NCBI GenBank assembly: GCA_963828255.1
Contig: CAWHDZ010000031.1
Location: forward strand, 64,001 to 128,000
DNA from: an uncultured delta proteobacterium
GTDB lineage: Bacteria > Myxococcota > Myxococcia > Myxococcales > Anaeromyxobacteraceae
Reading direction: 5' to 3'
Length of the DNA: 64,000 nucleotides
Shown here: piece after piece, positions 21,374 through 31,559 of the stretch
Position numbering within the stretch: the first letter of the stretch is position 1
Layout: each line of letters opens with the position of its first letter
The notes under the pieces: generated by a model
The model's database searches: none
Seen by the model: only the letters and a program-made list of their open reading frames with translations
Told to the model about the DNA's origin: nothing
Translations under genes and position numbers: made by a program

Positions 21374-22681
21374 ATGACCAGCCCCCGACTCGCCTCCTGG
21401 CTGCTCGCCGCCTTCGGGGCCTTCCTCCTCTTCCTCGCTCTCCCCTGGCCGGCGCCCGCCGCCGGCATCGACGCGCCGCCCGGAGCGCTCATCCTCGCGG
21501 GAGGGCACGAGGCCGAGCCCGCGCCGCTGCCCGGCTCCCCCCCGCGGGTCGCGCCGGTGATGACGCCCGTCCCCTCCTCCGAGCTCCGCCTCGCCGAGGC
21601 CACCCTGGATCGGGTCGCCAACCGGTACGTGGCGCCGCTCGGCTCCGGGAGCGCGGTGCTGACCACGGTCCCGCGCCTGCAGGAGCGCATCGAGAAGGTG
21701 CTCGCCGACCACCGGGTTCCCTGGGCCGCGGCCGTGATGCTCGAGCCCTCCACCGGCCGCGTGCTCGCCATGGCCGAGCACTCGCAGCGCGAACCCGGCC
21801 GCCGCGGCCTGTCGCTCGAGGCCCGCGCGCCTGCCGCCAGCGTCTTCAAGATCGTCACCAGCTCGGCGCTGCTCCGGCGCGGCTTCGAGCCGGGCGCCGA
21901 GGTCTGCTTCCACGGGGGGCAGCACCGGGTGAAGCCCGCCCTCCTCGCCGACGATCCGCGGCGCGACCGGCGCTGCCTCTCGCTCTCCTCGGCGCTCGGC
22001 AAGAGCGCCAACGTGGTGTTCGCCAAGCTCGCCGACCGTGCGCTCAACGCCACGCTCCTGCGCGCCGAGGCCGACCGCTTCCTCTTCAACCAGCCCATCC
22101 CCTTCGCCCAGCGGGTCGAGACCTCGCGCGCCGAGATCCCCGAGGAGCCCTTCGCGCTGGCCACCACCGCCGCCGGCTTCGGCCCGGTGCGCCTGTCGCC
22201 GCTCCACGGCGCGATCGTGGCCGCCATCATCGCCAACGGCGGGGTCTTCGTGCCGCCCGACGTCGTGGCCTCGTCCTCGGGGGCCGTGCCGCACCTCTCC
22301 GAGGGGCCGCACCGCGTCCTCGATGCCCAGGTCGCCGCCGAGCTCTCCGCCATGATGCGGACCACCGTCACCGAGGGCACCGGGCGGCGCGCCTTCAAGG
22401 CGCCCCGCTCCCGGCAGTCGTCGATGCAGGGGCTCACCGTGGCCGGCAAGACCGGATCGCTCTCCGAGCCCGACCCCTTCCGCGACTACTCCTGGTTCGT
22501 GGGCTTCGCCCCCGCCGACAACCCGCGCGTCGCCTTCGCGGTGGTGGTGGTGAACGACCGCAACTGGAGGGTCAAGGCTCCCTGGGTGGCGCGCGCCGCG
22601 GTCGAGGCCTGGGCCGACTGGGAGGGGGGACGTCCCGAGGCGGTCACGCCGGTCAAGCGGGCCCGGGCCCGCAAGCCGTAG
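21374..22681 (+). CDS. Penicillin-binding protein, transpeptidase domain
   Basis: SVFK (SxxK), SAN (SxN) and KTG motifs; N-terminal signal/TM segment. Confidence 0.9.
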   Translation: MTSPRLASWLLAAFGAFLLFLALPWPAPAAGIDAPPGALILAGGHEAEPAPLPGSPPRVAPVMTPVPSSELRLAEATLDRVANRYVAPLGSGSAVLTTVPRLQERIEKVLADHRVPWAAAVMLEPSTGRVLAMAEHSQREPGRRGLSLEARAPAASVFKIVTSSALLRRGFEPGAEVCFHGGQHRVKPALLADDPRRDRRCLSLSSALGKSANVVFAKLADRALNATLLRAEADRFLFNQPIPFAQRVETSRAEIPEEPFALATTAAGFGPVRLSPLHGAIVAAIIANGGVFVPPDVVASSSGAVPHLSEGPHRVLDAQVAAELSAMMRTTVTEGTGRRAFKAPRSRQSSMQGLTVAGKTGSLSEPDPFRDYSWFVGFAPADNPRVAFAVVVVNDRNWRVKAPWVARAAVEAWADWEGGRPEAVTPVKRARARKP

Positions 22682-22692
22682 CCGGCGGTCCG

Positions 22693-23817
22693 TCAGGCCG
22701 CCCGCAACTCCACCACGCCCCGCTCGACGAAGCCGCGGAAGGCCTTCAGCACCTCCAGCTCGTCGAGGGGAGCGACCTGGGCGATCTGCCCGAGCGCGCG
22801 ACGCCCGTCGCAGCGGGAGAGCAGGTACTTCTGCGAGGCGTCGAGGCCGAGGCCTGCGATCTCGCCCGCGGAGAGCCGGACCACCGGGATGGCCCGCCGG
22901 TCGAGCGAGGCGCGGAGGGACGCCCCCAGCGCCTCCCGCGCCGAAGAGAGCGCCTTGCGCGCGTCGTCGGAGGAGGGCGCCGCGCCCAGCGCCCGCGCCG
23001 CCGCCAGCTCCGCCTCGGCCGGGCGACCCTCGGCGAGCAGCCGCGCCGATTCCTCGAGCACCGCGCCCACCTGCTCGGCGTCCTCCAGGACCGCGTCCTC
23101 GATGATCTCGATGTCGGCGGCGGTCACGACCCCCTGGCGCGCCAGGGCGTAGAGCCGCTGGTAGAGGTGGAACTCGGTGGCGTGGAGCGCGAGACCGATC
23201 TCGTCGATGGTGCGGCCGCTTGAGGCCAGCATGAGGAGCTTGCCGTCGATGGTGCCCTCGCCTGCGCTGGCGGGGATCCGCGACTCGTCCACGATCAGGG
23301 TGGCGCCGCTGCTGGGGAACTGGGACAGGAAGGCGTCCCAGGCCGTGGCCCGGAACTCGGCCTCCTTGAGGATGTCGGGGAGCGGCACCGAGACGGCCAG
23401 CTCGTCCTCGGTGGCGGCGGGAGGCTCCTCGTCCACGCGGAACACGCCCGACTCCCAGCGGAAGACGTCGAGCAGCGTCTCGCGGATCTTGATGGAGAGC
23501 GATTCGCGGAGGACCCGCGGCTGGACGAGCCCCACCATGGCGAGCACCTTGCCGAGCCGGATGCGGGTCTCCTGCTGGGTGCGGAAGGCCTTGGCGAGCT
23601 GCTCCTCGTCGATGTGGCCGAAGTTGATGAGCAGCTGCCCCAGGAACTCGCGCGGGTCGGTGGAGGCCGCGCCGACCGCGTTTCCTTCGCGCAGGTAGAC
23701 GGTCTTGCGGACCGCGCCGCGCTCGCAGGTCAGGGAGCCGGTCACCGTGCGGCGCCCCAGGAACTCCACGAGCTCCGGGAGCGGCATGAACGACAGGCTG
23801 CCCGCGAGGCCACGCAC
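22693..23817 (-). CDS. DUF4388 (PatA-N-like) domain protein
   Basis: [23 protein letters not shown]-terminus; LGQLL/LGKVL repeats; FRWESGVF. Start uncertain. Confidence 0.75.
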   Translation of the reverse strand: MRGLAGSLSFMPLPELVEFLGRRTVTGSLTCERGAVRKTVYLREGNAVGAASTDPREFLGQLLINFGHIDEEQLAKAFRTQQETRIRLGKVLAMVGLVQPRVLRESLSIKIRETLLDVFRWESGVFRVDEEPPAATEDELAVSVPLPDILKEAEFRATAWDAFLSQFPSSGATLIVDESRIPASAGEGTIDGKLLMLASSGRTIDEIGLALHATEFHLYQRLYALARQGVVTAADIEIIEDAVLEDAEQVGAVLEESARLLAEGRPAEAELAAARALGAAPSSDDARKALSSAREALGASLRASLDRRAIPVVRLSAGEIAGLGLDASQKYLLSRCDGRRALGQIAQVAPLDELEVLKAFRGFVERGVVELRAA

Positions 23818-23882
23818 GCGGACGAGTTTCCCCGGAAAGAGCCGTGGCGGCAAGGAACGGACCGGGGTATGACCGGCGGCGC

Positions 23883-24518
23883 ATGGACGCCGCCGAGCAG
23901 AAGACCCCCGGGAAGAGCGGGAAGCGCACACCCGTCGTCGCCGCCGTCGCCCTCTTCGTCGCGGTGGCTGCCGGCTGGACCGGCTGGCAGCTCTGGGTCG
24001 AGGGACCGCGCCAGGCCGCGCTGGCCCGGGAGAAGGCCTTCGCCGTGACGCCGGTCGCCCGCCCGGCGCCCGCGCCGCCCGTCCTCGGCACGACCGCAGA
24101 CGGCACGCCGTTCACCCTGGCCGAGGCGCGAGGCCAGGTGGTCTTCGTGAACTTCTGGGCCACCTGGTGCCCACCCTGCCGGGAGGAGATGCCCTCCATG
24201 CTCCAGCTCGGGCGCGACCTCTCGGCGCGCCACCCCGGGAAGTTCCGGATGGTGGCGGTCACGGTGGACGACGGCTGGCCGGAGGTGATGCAGTTCTTCG
24301 GCGGTCGCCTCCCCTCCGGGATCGACGTCGTCCACGACCCCGAACAGAAGGCGACCCGGGATTACTTCTGCCTGGCGCGGGGCGCCTGCCCGGATTCCTT
24401 CAAGTTCCCGGAGACCTACGTCGTGGACGCTTCCGGGAAGCTCGTCTCCTACGTCGTCGGCCCCCGGGACTGGAACGATCCCGCCGCGCGGGCCTTCCTG
24501 GAGCGGCTGATTCCCTAG
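23883..24518 (+). CDS. TlpA/ResA-family thiol-disulfide oxidoreductase
   Basis: TM anchor; [21 protein letters not shown]. Confidence 0.92.
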   Translation: MDAAEQKTPGKSGKRTPVVAAVALFVAVAAGWTGWQLWVEGPRQAALAREKAFAVTPVARPAPAPPVLGTTADGTPFTLAEARGQVVFVNFWATWCPPCREEMPSMLQLGRDLSARHPGKFRMVAVTVDDGWPEVMQFFGGRLPSGIDVVHDPEQKATRDYFCLARGACPDSFKFPETYVVDASGKLVSYVVGPRDWNDPAARAFLERLIP

Positions 24519-24771
24519 GGACATCGCCGGGCCAGGCCGGACGGCTCCGACGCCCCACCAGGGTCTGGCGCTGCGGCGCCGGAAACGCTTCTCTGTAAAT
24601 GTTTGATTTCGCTATAATTTTCCAGATACGCGCATCCGCTGTCCTGCTCGGCCCGCCGGAAATTCACCCCCCGCGAACCGATCCTGTTGAAGGCTCTTGG
24701 AGTGATGCCATATAACTATCTGGATTTCCGTGAAATCTCGGCATTCCGGACCTGTGGAACGCGGAGGGAAC

Positions 24772-25758
24772 GTGGCGAAGGAAGCGACGGGCATCCCGGT
24801 CGTTGTGGCGGGCCTCGGCGAGGTCGGCCGCGCCATCGTGCGCGCGGTCCTCTCCTCCGCCGACCTGACGCTGGTCGGGGCGGTCGATCCCTCCTTCGCG
24901 AGGCAGGAGCTCGACGCGCTCGTCGGGCTGCCCACCGGTCTCGAGGTCGAGGCCGACCCGGCCCGGTCCTTCCGCGCCGCCCGCGGAGGGGTCCTCCTCC
25001 TCGCCACCTCCTCCCGGTTCCTCGAGGTGCTCCCGGCCATCGAGCAGGCGGTCCGCGCGGGACTCTCGGTCGTCTCCACGTGCGAGGAGCTCGGCTACCC
25101 CTGGCTCGCGCACGAGGCTGAGGCCGACGCCCTCGACGCGCTCTGCGAGAAGAACGACGTGGCCGTGGTCGCCGCCGGCGTGAACCCGGGGCTGGCGCTC
25201 GACCGGCTGCCGGCGCTCCTCTCCCAGGGCACCGGTGCGGTGCGCCGCCTCGAGGCCAGGCGCGTCGTCGATCTCTCCGGCGGGCGCGAGGCGCTCTGGC
25301 GGAAGGCCGGCGTCGGCCTCACCCCGGCCGAGTTCCAGAGGGCCGTGGAGGTGGACGCCATCGGCCACGTCGGGCTTGCCGAGTCGGCGACGCTGGCGGC
25401 GCTGGGCTGCGGCCTCGACCTCGACGAGCTCGAGGAGGAGGCCGAGCCGGTGCTGGCGACCCGCGACCTGGCCGGCGCGATGCTGGTGCAGAAGGGCGGC
25501 GTGGCGGGCATCCGGCAGGTCGCCCGCGGCTGGCAGGAGGGGCGCGAGGTGGTCCGGCTGGAGGTGGTGCTGGCGGTCGGCGCGGAGGACCCGCGCGACG
25601 AGGTCCGGATCGAGGCCGACCCGCCGCTCCGGCTCGTCGTCCCCGGCGGCTTCCCCGGCGAGGCCTCGACCGCCTGGTCGGTGGTCCACGCGGCCGCCGC
25701 CATTCCCCTGCTGCAGGGGCTCGTCACGGTGCTCGACCTCCCCCCGGGGCGGTCCTGA
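24772..25758 (+). CDS. DapB-N-like NAD(P)-dependent oxidoreductase (diaminopentanoate/amine dehydrogenase-like)
   Basis: GLGEVG Rossmann motif, VVSTCEEL, GVNPG, GHVGLAES; GGAGGG RBS before GTG. Confidence 0.75.
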   Translation: MAKEATGIPVVVAGLGEVGRAIVRAVLSSADLTLVGAVDPSFARQELDALVGLPTGLEVEADPARSFRAARGGVLLLATSSRFLEVLPAIEQAVRAGLSVVSTCEELGYPWLAHEAEADALDALCEKNDVAVVAAGVNPGLALDRLPALLSQGTGAVRRLEARRVVDLSGGREALWRKAGVGLTPAEFQRAVEVDAIGHVGLAESATLAALGCGLDLDELEEEAEPVLATRDLAGAMLVQKGGVAGIRQVARGWQEGREVVRLEVVLAVGAEDPRDEVRIEADPPLRLVVPGGFPGEASTAWSVVHAAAAIPLLQGLVTVLDLPPGRS

Positions 25759-25769
25759 GCGAGGTGCGC

Positions 25770-26207
25770 ATGCTCGACAAGACCCTCATCGGACGGGAGA
25801 GCGAGTCCACCATGGTCGAGGTGGAGAGGGGCGCCATCCGGCGCCTCGCCGACGCCGTCGGCGACGCCAACCCCATCCACACCGACGAGGCGGCGGCCCG
25901 GTCGGCCGGCTTCGCCTCCCTGGTGGCGCCGCTGACCTTCCCGGGGGTGCTCGCCCAGAACGAGCGCTTCCGCCACTCCCTCGACCTGGGCACGCGGTCG
26001 CTCCTGCTCGGCGAGGAGTCCATCGAGTACGGGCGCCCCATCGTCGCCGGTGATCGACTCACGGTGAAAACGAAGGTGGCCGACGTCCAGGAGCGCGCCG
26101 GGACCAGCGGCGCCACCGACGTCCTGATCCTCGAGACCGAGGGGCGCGGAGCCGAGGGCGAGTTCGTCTTCCGCACGCGCGAGACCTACATCCTGCGGCG
26201 CGGCTAG
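25770..26207 (+). CDS. MaoC-like dehydratase, N-terminal-type (HadA-like) subunit
   Basis: VERGAIRRLADAVGDANPIH..APLTF; hot-dog fold pattern; GAGG RBS. Confidence 0.85.
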   Translation: MLDKTLIGRESESTMVEVERGAIRRLADAVGDANPIHTDEAAARSAGFASLVAPLTFPGVLAQNERFRHSLDLGTRSLLLGEESIEYGRPIVAGDRLTVKTKVADVQERAGTSGATDVLILETEGRGAEGEFVFRTRETYILRRG

Positions 26208-26220
26208 GAAGGGGAACCCT

Positions 26221-27048
26221 GTGCTCCTGGCACGGCAGCTCTACTTCGAGGCGGTCAAGGTCGGCGACGAGCTCCCGCCGCTGGTGAAGCCGCCGGTGGA
26301 TCGCTCACAGGTCGCCCGCTTCTGCGGGGCCGCCGGGGACTACGGCCCGCTCCACGTGGACGAGCCCTTCGCGCGGAACGCCGGCTTCCCCAGCGTCCTC
26401 GTCCCGGGGATGCTCGCCATGGGCTTCCTGGGCGAGCTGGTGACCGACTGGCTGCGCGGGGCGCGGGTCCGGCGCTTCGGTGCACGGTTCGTGAAGATCG
26501 TCTGGCCCGGCGACGTGGTGACGGTGCGCGGCCGCGTGGTCGACCGGCGCTTCGAGGCCGGGGGGCGCTACGCGGTGGACATCGAGGTCTGGGGCGAGAA
26601 CCAGCGCGGGGAGCTGGTGGTGCGGGGCGCGGTGACGGCCCAGCTCTTCTACAGCGGCGACGACGAGACGCGGCAGCGCGGCGGCCAGCCGCCCCTCGTG
26701 GTGACTCCGGCCGAGGAGGAGGAGCGGCTCGCCAAGCTCTCCCGCAGCACCGCGCCGGCGCGACCGGCGGTGGGAACGCGCCCGGCCGCCGCCCCGGCGA
26801 AGGTCCAGCCAGCGAAGGTCCAGCCGGCGAAGCCCGCGGCCGTGGCGCAGAAGAGCGCGCCCCCGGGGCCGGCGCAGCAGAAGGTCCCGCCCCGGCCGGA
26901 GCCGGGGCCCGTCGCGAAGGCGGCACCGAAGGCGGCACCGAAGGCCGTCGCGAAGCCCACGAAGAAGGCACCCGTCAAGAAGGCTCCGGCGGGGAATCCC
27001 GCCCCGAAGAAGGCCGTCGCGAAGACGAAGGCCGGCAAGCGGCGCTGA
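26221..27048 (+). CDS. MaoC-like dehydratase (HadB-like) with long Pro/Ala/Lys tail
   Basis: GDYGPLHVD hydratase motif, PGMLAMG; AKP-rich C-terminus. Confidence 0.85.
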   Translation: MLLARQLYFEAVKVGDELPPLVKPPVDRSQVARFCGAAGDYGPLHVDEPFARNAGFPSVLVPGMLAMGFLGELVTDWLRGARVRRFGARFVKIVWPGDVVTVRGRVVDRRFEAGGRYAVDIEVWGENQRGELVVRGAVTAQLFYSGDDETRQRGGQPPLVVTPAEEEERLAKLSRSTAPARPAVGTRPAAAPAKVQPAKVQPAKPAAVAQKSAPPGPAQQKVPPRPEPGPVAKAAPKAAPKAVAKPTKKAPVKKAPAGNPAPKKAVAKTKAGKRR

Positions 27049-27869
27049 TGCTGCTCCTCGCGCTCGCCCTGCTCGGCGCGACCGCTGCGCCCGCGCCCCC
27101 GCAGCCCCACGGCGCCACCAGCCGGGCCGCCCGGATCGCGCGGGGAGACCTTGCGTTCGCCGAGCGCGGAGACCCGTCGCGCCTCGCCGAGGCCATCGCC
27201 GAGTGGACCGGCGCCGCCGAGCCCCACCGGCCGGACGACCCCGCCGTCGAGCTCCGCCTGGCCCGGGCCGAGGCCTTCCGGGCCCTGGCGGATCCCGCCT
27301 CGGCCGGCGCCGCCTGGGTCGCCTCCTCGCGCGCGGCCGAGCGTGCCCTGCGCCGCCTCTCGCCCGCATGGGTCGAGGCCGTGGAGAAGGGGGACCTCGT
27401 CGGCGCGCCCTCCCGTGTCGGGACGGAGGGGGCCGAGGCCCTCTACTGGCTGGCGCTCGCCACCTGGTCCTCGGCGCGCGAGAAGGGGCTCCCGGCGCTG
27501 CTCGCCGTGAAGGACCCGGCGCTCGCCGCGATGGAACGCGCCGCCTCGCTCGCCGGGGCGGTGGACTGCGGGGGCCCGCACCGTGCGCTGGGCGCCTGGG
27601 CCGCGTCGCTGCCGGCGGCGGTGGGTGGCGGCGTGGCCCGCTCGCGACGCCACCTCGAGCAGGCCCGCGCGCTCGGCCCGGGCTGCCTCCTCACCCCGGT
27701 CGCCGAGGCCGGTTCGCTCCTCGTCCTGCTCCAGGACAGGGCCGCCTTCGAACGGATGCTCGCCGAGGTGGAGGGGGCAGGGGACGCCGATCCGCGCTGG
27801 GCGCCCGAGAACGAGGTGGCGCGTCGCCAGGCCAGGGAACTCCGGGCGCGCGCCGCCCGGCTATTCTGA
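27048..27869 (+). CDS. Exported TPR-like protein, TatT-like
   Basis: Signal peptide; LYWLA, GPHRALG..LPAAVGG, PEN..AR motifs resemble TatT-family proteins. Confidence 0.55.
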   Translation: MLLLALALLGATAAPAPPQPHGATSRAARIARGDLAFAERGDPSRLAEAIAEWTGAAEPHRPDDPAVELRLARAEAFRALADPASAGAAWVASSRAAERALRRLSPAWVEAVEKGDLVGAPSRVGTEGAEALYWLALATWSSAREKGLPALLAVKDPALAAMERAASLAGAVDCGGPHRALGAWAASLPAAVGGGVARSRRHLEQARALGPGCLLTPVAEAGSLLVLLQDRAAFERMLAEVEGAGDADPRWAPENEVARRQARELRARAARLF

Positions 27870-27890
27870 ACCACGAGAGGGAGAAGGCAC

Positions 27891-28262
27891 ATGGCAGACC
27901 AGATCCGGGACAGCGAGAAGAGCCCGTCCGCGGCGCCCCCGACGCCCAGGGCGGACAAGGGGGGGCTCGCGGCGGCGATGGTGTGGATGCTCGTGCTCTC
28001 GCTGCTCCTCTTCTGGGTGCCGGTGCTGGGGATGTTCATCGCCGGACTGATCGGAGGGCGGAAGGCCGGGAGCGTGGGCACCGCCATCGCCGCGGTCCTG
28101 TTGCCGGCGCTGGTGGTGGCGGTGGTGATGTTCTTCATGGCGACCGCGCTCACCGGGATGCCCGTCCTGGGCGCCATCGCGGGGTTCGGGGCAGGGGTGC
28201 TCGTGGTGGCGAACGTGGTGCCGCTCCTCGTCGGGGCGGTCGTGGGCGGCATCCTGGCGTAG
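27891..28262 (+). CDS. Small integral membrane protein
   Basis: RBS plus ATG; mostly hydrophobic, with LLFWVPVLG..AGLIGG and internal repetition. Confidence 0.75.
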   Translation: MADQIRDSEKSPSAAPPTPRADKGGLAAAMVWMLVLSLLLFWVPVLGMFIAGLIGGRKAGSVGTAIAAVLLPALVVAVVMFFMATALTGMPVLGAIAGFGAGVLVVANVVPLLVGAVVGGILA

Positions 28263-28271
28263 GGTGTCGCC

Positions 28272-29447
28272 ATGAGCGAGCCGAAGCTGGGGACGCTGGC
28301 GGTCCACGCCGGCGAGGGCGAGACCCTCTCCGTCCCCTCCACCACCACCCCCGTCTACCAGGCCACCACCTACCGCTTCGAGAGCGCCGCCGACGCCGCC
28401 GCCTACCTCGACGCCCCGGAGGGGCGCTGGCTCTACGCGCGCCTGGAGAACCCCACCGTGGTCGCGGCCGAGCGGAAGATCGCCGCCCTCGAGGGGGCCG
28501 AGGCCGCGGCCTGCTTCTCCTCCGGGATGGCCGCCCTCACCGCGGCGCTCCTCTCCTCGCTGCGGGCCGGGGACGCGCTGCTCCTCTGCGACACCATCTA
28601 CGGGCAGACCACGCGGCTGGCGCGGGACGTGCTCGAGCGCTTCGGCGTCGAGATCCGCGTCGTCCCCTTCGACGGGCTGGCCGCGGCGGTGGCGGCCGCG
28701 CCGGGGAACGCCCGGGCGCTGGTCTTCGAGAGCCCCACCAACCCCATGCTGCGCGTCGCCGACGTCCCGGCCGTGGCGGCGGCCTGCCGGGCGCGCGGGA
28801 TCCGCACCGTCTTCGACGCCACCTTCGCCTCGCCCGTGAACCTCCGTGCCATTTCACTCGGAGTGGACCTGGTGGTCCACAGCACCACCAAGTTCCTGAA
28901 CGGCCACTCCGACCACCTGGGCGGGGTGGTGGCCGGGTCGCGCGCGCTCCTGGCCGGGGTCCTCGCCATGCGCCGCTCCACCGGCGGGAACCTGGACGCC
29001 GCGGCGGCCTACGACCTGCTGCGCGGCCTGAAGACCCTGGAGATCCGGGTCCTGCGCCAGAACGACACCGCGCTGCGCCTGGCCCGGGCGCTGGAAGGGC
29101 ACCCCCGGGTGGAACGGGTGGACTACCCGTTCCTGGAGTCCCACCCCGATCACGCCATGGCCCGGCGGCTCCTGCGCGGCGGGGGCGGGGTCCTGTCTTT
29201 CACCGTCCGTGGAGGGTACGAGGCCGTGGCCCGGGTGCACGACGCGCTGCGGCTGGTGGCCCGGGCCAGCTCGCTGGGCGGGGTGGAGAGCCTGGCCTCC
29301 ATCCCCGTCATCTCCTCCCACCGCAACGCCACCGACGCCGAGCTCCTCGCCCAGCGGATCGGGCGTGGCACGCTCCGGGTCTCGGTCGGCCTGGAGGACC
29401 CGGACGACCTCCTGGCCGACCTGCTCCAGGCGCTGGAGCGGGCGTGA
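28272..29447 (+). CDS. PLP-dependent Cys/Met metabolism enzyme (cystathionine gamma-synthase/gamma-lyase family)
   Basis: YARLENPT, SSGMAA, ESPTNP, HSTTKFLNGHSD, SLGGVES, RVSVGLED. Confidence 0.93.
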   Translation: MSEPKLGTLAVHAGEGETLSVPSTTTPVYQATTYRFESAADAAAYLDAPEGRWLYARLENPTVVAAERKIAALEGAEAAACFSSGMAALTAALLSSLRAGDALLLCDTIYGQTTRLARDVLERFGVEIRVVPFDGLAAAVAAAPGNARALVFESPTNPMLRVADVPAVAAACRARGIRTVFDATFASPVNLRAISLGVDLVVHSTTKFLNGHSDHLGGVVAGSRALLAGVLAMRRSTGGNLDAAAAYDLLRGLKTLEIRVLRQNDTALRLARALEGHPRVERVDYPFLESHPDHAMARRLLRGGGGVLSFTVRGGYEAVARVHDALRLVARASSLGGVESLASIPVISSHRNATDAELLAQRIGRGTLRVSVGLEDPDDLLADLLQALERA

Positions 29448-30277
29448 CCAGGAGACCCCTCCTGGCGGCGGGGGTGGCCGTTGCCGCCGCCGCGCTCCTC
29501 ACGGGCTGCGTCCGGGCGCCGCCCCCCGACCTCTCCCGCGACCCCGCCCCGCTCCTCGCGCAGGTCCGGGCGGCACAGGAGCGCGTCACCTCCTGCCGCG
29601 GCTCGGCGCGCCTCTCGATCTCCTCGCCCGACCTCTCCGGCTCGCTCGATGCCTGGGTCGCCGCCGAGAGCCCTGGCCGGCTCCGGGTGGAGGTCTTCGA
29701 CTTCTTCGGGAACCCGGCGGCGGTGCTGGTCGCCGGCGGCGGCCGCTTCGCCCTGCTCGACGCGCGGGCCGGGACGCTTCACCGCGGCGCGGACACGCCC
29801 GAGAACCTGTCGCGGCTCCTCCCGGTGCCGCTCGGCGCCCGCGAGCTGGCCCGCGTGGTCTGCGGCAGCGTGCCCCTCCTCGACGGGCGGGCGGTGGCCG
29901 CCGAGCCGGGGGACGGCGTGGTGCTGCTCGAGATCGCCGGTGCCGGTGGGCGGCAGGTCCTGGCGGTGGGCGACGGCGCCTCGATCGTCACCGCGAGCCA
30001 GCTGCCCGGCGTCCGGGGCGGGACTCCCTGGAGGGCCGCCTTCTCCGTCTTCCGGCACCCGGGCGGCCGCCGCTTCCCCACCGAGGTGGAACTGCGCGGC
30101 GGCGGCGCGGAGATCGGGCTGCGCTGGAGGGACGATCTCGAGGTGAACGGCGCGCCCGACGAGCCCCTCTTCACGCTCGATCCCCCGCGCGGCGTCCGGG
30201 TGATCGACCTCGAGCCGGGAGCGCCTCCGCCCCCGCTCGCGTTGCCGATCCGTCCCGCGCCCCCTGGCCAGCGATGA
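29444..30277 (+). CDS. Lipoprotein, LolB/DUF4292-like
   Basis: GTG start overlapping the upstream stop; lipobox LLTGC; PGRLRVEVFDFFG and FTLDPP segments. Confidence 0.7.
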   Translation: MTRRPLLAAGVAVAAAALLTGCVRAPPPDLSRDPAPLLAQVRAAQERVTSCRGSARLSISSPDLSGSLDAWVAAESPGRLRVEVFDFFGNPAAVLVAGGGRFALLDARAGTLHRGADTPENLSRLLPVPLGARELARVVCGSVPLLDGRAVAAEPGDGVVLLEIAGAGGRQVLAVGDGASIVTASQLPGVRGGTPWRAAFSVFRHPGGRRFPTEVELRGGGAEIGLRWRDDLEVNGAPDEPLFTLDPPRGVRVIDLEPGAPPPPLALPIRPAPPGQR

Positions 30278-30386
30278 CCCGGGGATCCGGGAACACCGGG
30301 GCCCCCCGGGCGGTTCGCCTTGAATCCACCGGGAAATCGGCTAGCTTTTCCCCTCCCCGGACCCCGAAAGGCGCGCAGACGTGAAC

Positions 30387-31040
30387 ATGGAACTCCTCAC
30401 GGTCCTCAAGACCGGTGGTGTCGCGATGTGGATCATCGCGCTCTTCTCGGTCCTGGCCGTGGCCGTCGCGGTCGAGCGGGTCCTCGCGCTCTGGCGCTTC
30501 ACCGACAACGCCCGCAGCCTGGCCGACGCGGTGACCCGCTCGCTTCTCCGCGGCGACGCCGAGGACGCCCGCGCCCAGGCCGAGCGCTCCACCTCGCCCG
30601 CCGCGGAGGTCTTCCTGGCCGCCCTCGTGCCCACGCCTCCGGGCAAGCGGCCGGCCACCGACGCCCGGATCGAGGCCGCGGTGGAGAGGCAGCGGCAGGA
30701 GGCCAACCAGAAGCTCAGGGCCCGACTCTGGATCCTCGGGACCATCGGCGCCACCGCCCCCTTCATCGGCCTCTTCGGAACCGTGGTCGGCATCATGCGC
30801 GCCTTCCACCAGATGGGCGTGACCGGCCAGGGCGGCTTCAGCGTGGTCGCCGCCGGCATCTCCGAGGCCCTCATCACCACCGCCGGCGGCATCGCGGTGG
30901 CCATCGAGGCGGTCATCCTCTACAACATGCTGAACGTCCTTGCCGGACGGCTGCAGCTCCAGCTCAAGCTCCTCACCGAGGAGTTCCTGGAGATCGTGAA
31001 GGAAGTCCGCGCCGGTCCCGCCGGAACCCAGGAGCCCTGA
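30387..31040 (+). CDS. exbB: MotA/TolQ/ExbB proton channel protein
   Basis: APFIGLFGTVVGIM and GISEALITTAGG motifs. Confidence 0.92.
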   Translation: MELLTVLKTGGVAMWIIALFSVLAVAVAVERVLALWRFTDNARSLADAVTRSLLRGDAEDARAQAERSTSPAAEVFLAALVPTPPGKRPATDARIEAAVERQRQEANQKLRARLWILGTIGATAPFIGLFGTVVGIMRAFHQMGVTGQGGFSVVAAGISEALITTAGGIAVAIEAVILYNMLNVLAGRLQLQLKLLTEEFLEIVKEVRAGPAGTQEP

Positions 31041-31041
31041 C

Positions 31042-31491
31042 ATGTCGATGAACACACCCGAGGACGAGGGCGGCACCGGGACGGGCGCGGGGATCTTCGC
31101 CGACATCAACATCACCCCGCTCACCGACATCTTCCTCGTCCTCCTCATCATCTTCATGGTGACCACCACCGCCATCGCCGAGGCGGGCGGGCAGAACGGC
31201 GGGATCAAGGTCAGCCTCCCCAAGGGAGGCCAGGCCAACGCCGTGAAGGAGGTCCACGACCTCGCCATCGCCGTCCTCTCCGACGGCCGGGTCGTGGTGC
31301 AGGGCAAGGTGGTGGATCAGGACGCGCTGAAGAAGGTCCTCGAGAAGGCCCGCGCCGAGAACCCGGAGACCCTGGTGCTCGTGCAGGCCGACGAAGGGGT
31401 GGCCCACGGCAAGGTCGTGGCCGTGATGGACATGGCCCGGCGCGAGGGGCTGCCGCGCCTGGCCATCGCCACCCGCGCCGACGCACCCTGA
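31042..31491 (+). CDS. exbD: ExbD/TolR protein
   Basis: INITPLTDIFLVLLIIFMV; AD..V.HG.VV.VMD. Confidence 0.93.
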   Translation: MSMNTPEDEGGTGTGAGIFADINITPLTDIFLVLLIIFMVTTTAIAEAGGQNGGIKVSLPKGGQANAVKEVHDLAIAVLSDGRVVVQGKVVDQDALKKVLEKARAENPETLVLVQADEGVAHGKVVAVMDMARREGLPRLAIATRADAP

Positions 31492-31559
31492 TCGGTCGGA
31501 CGGACTCCCCGTGGGGGCGGCGGCTCGACCCGGGCCGCGCGTCCGGGTACAGTCCAAGC

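Noticed and set aside
26780..26960. Short direct repeats as a CRISPR-like array
   Set aside because: They are in-frame coding repeats (AKVQP, KAAP) with no spacers and no cas genes.
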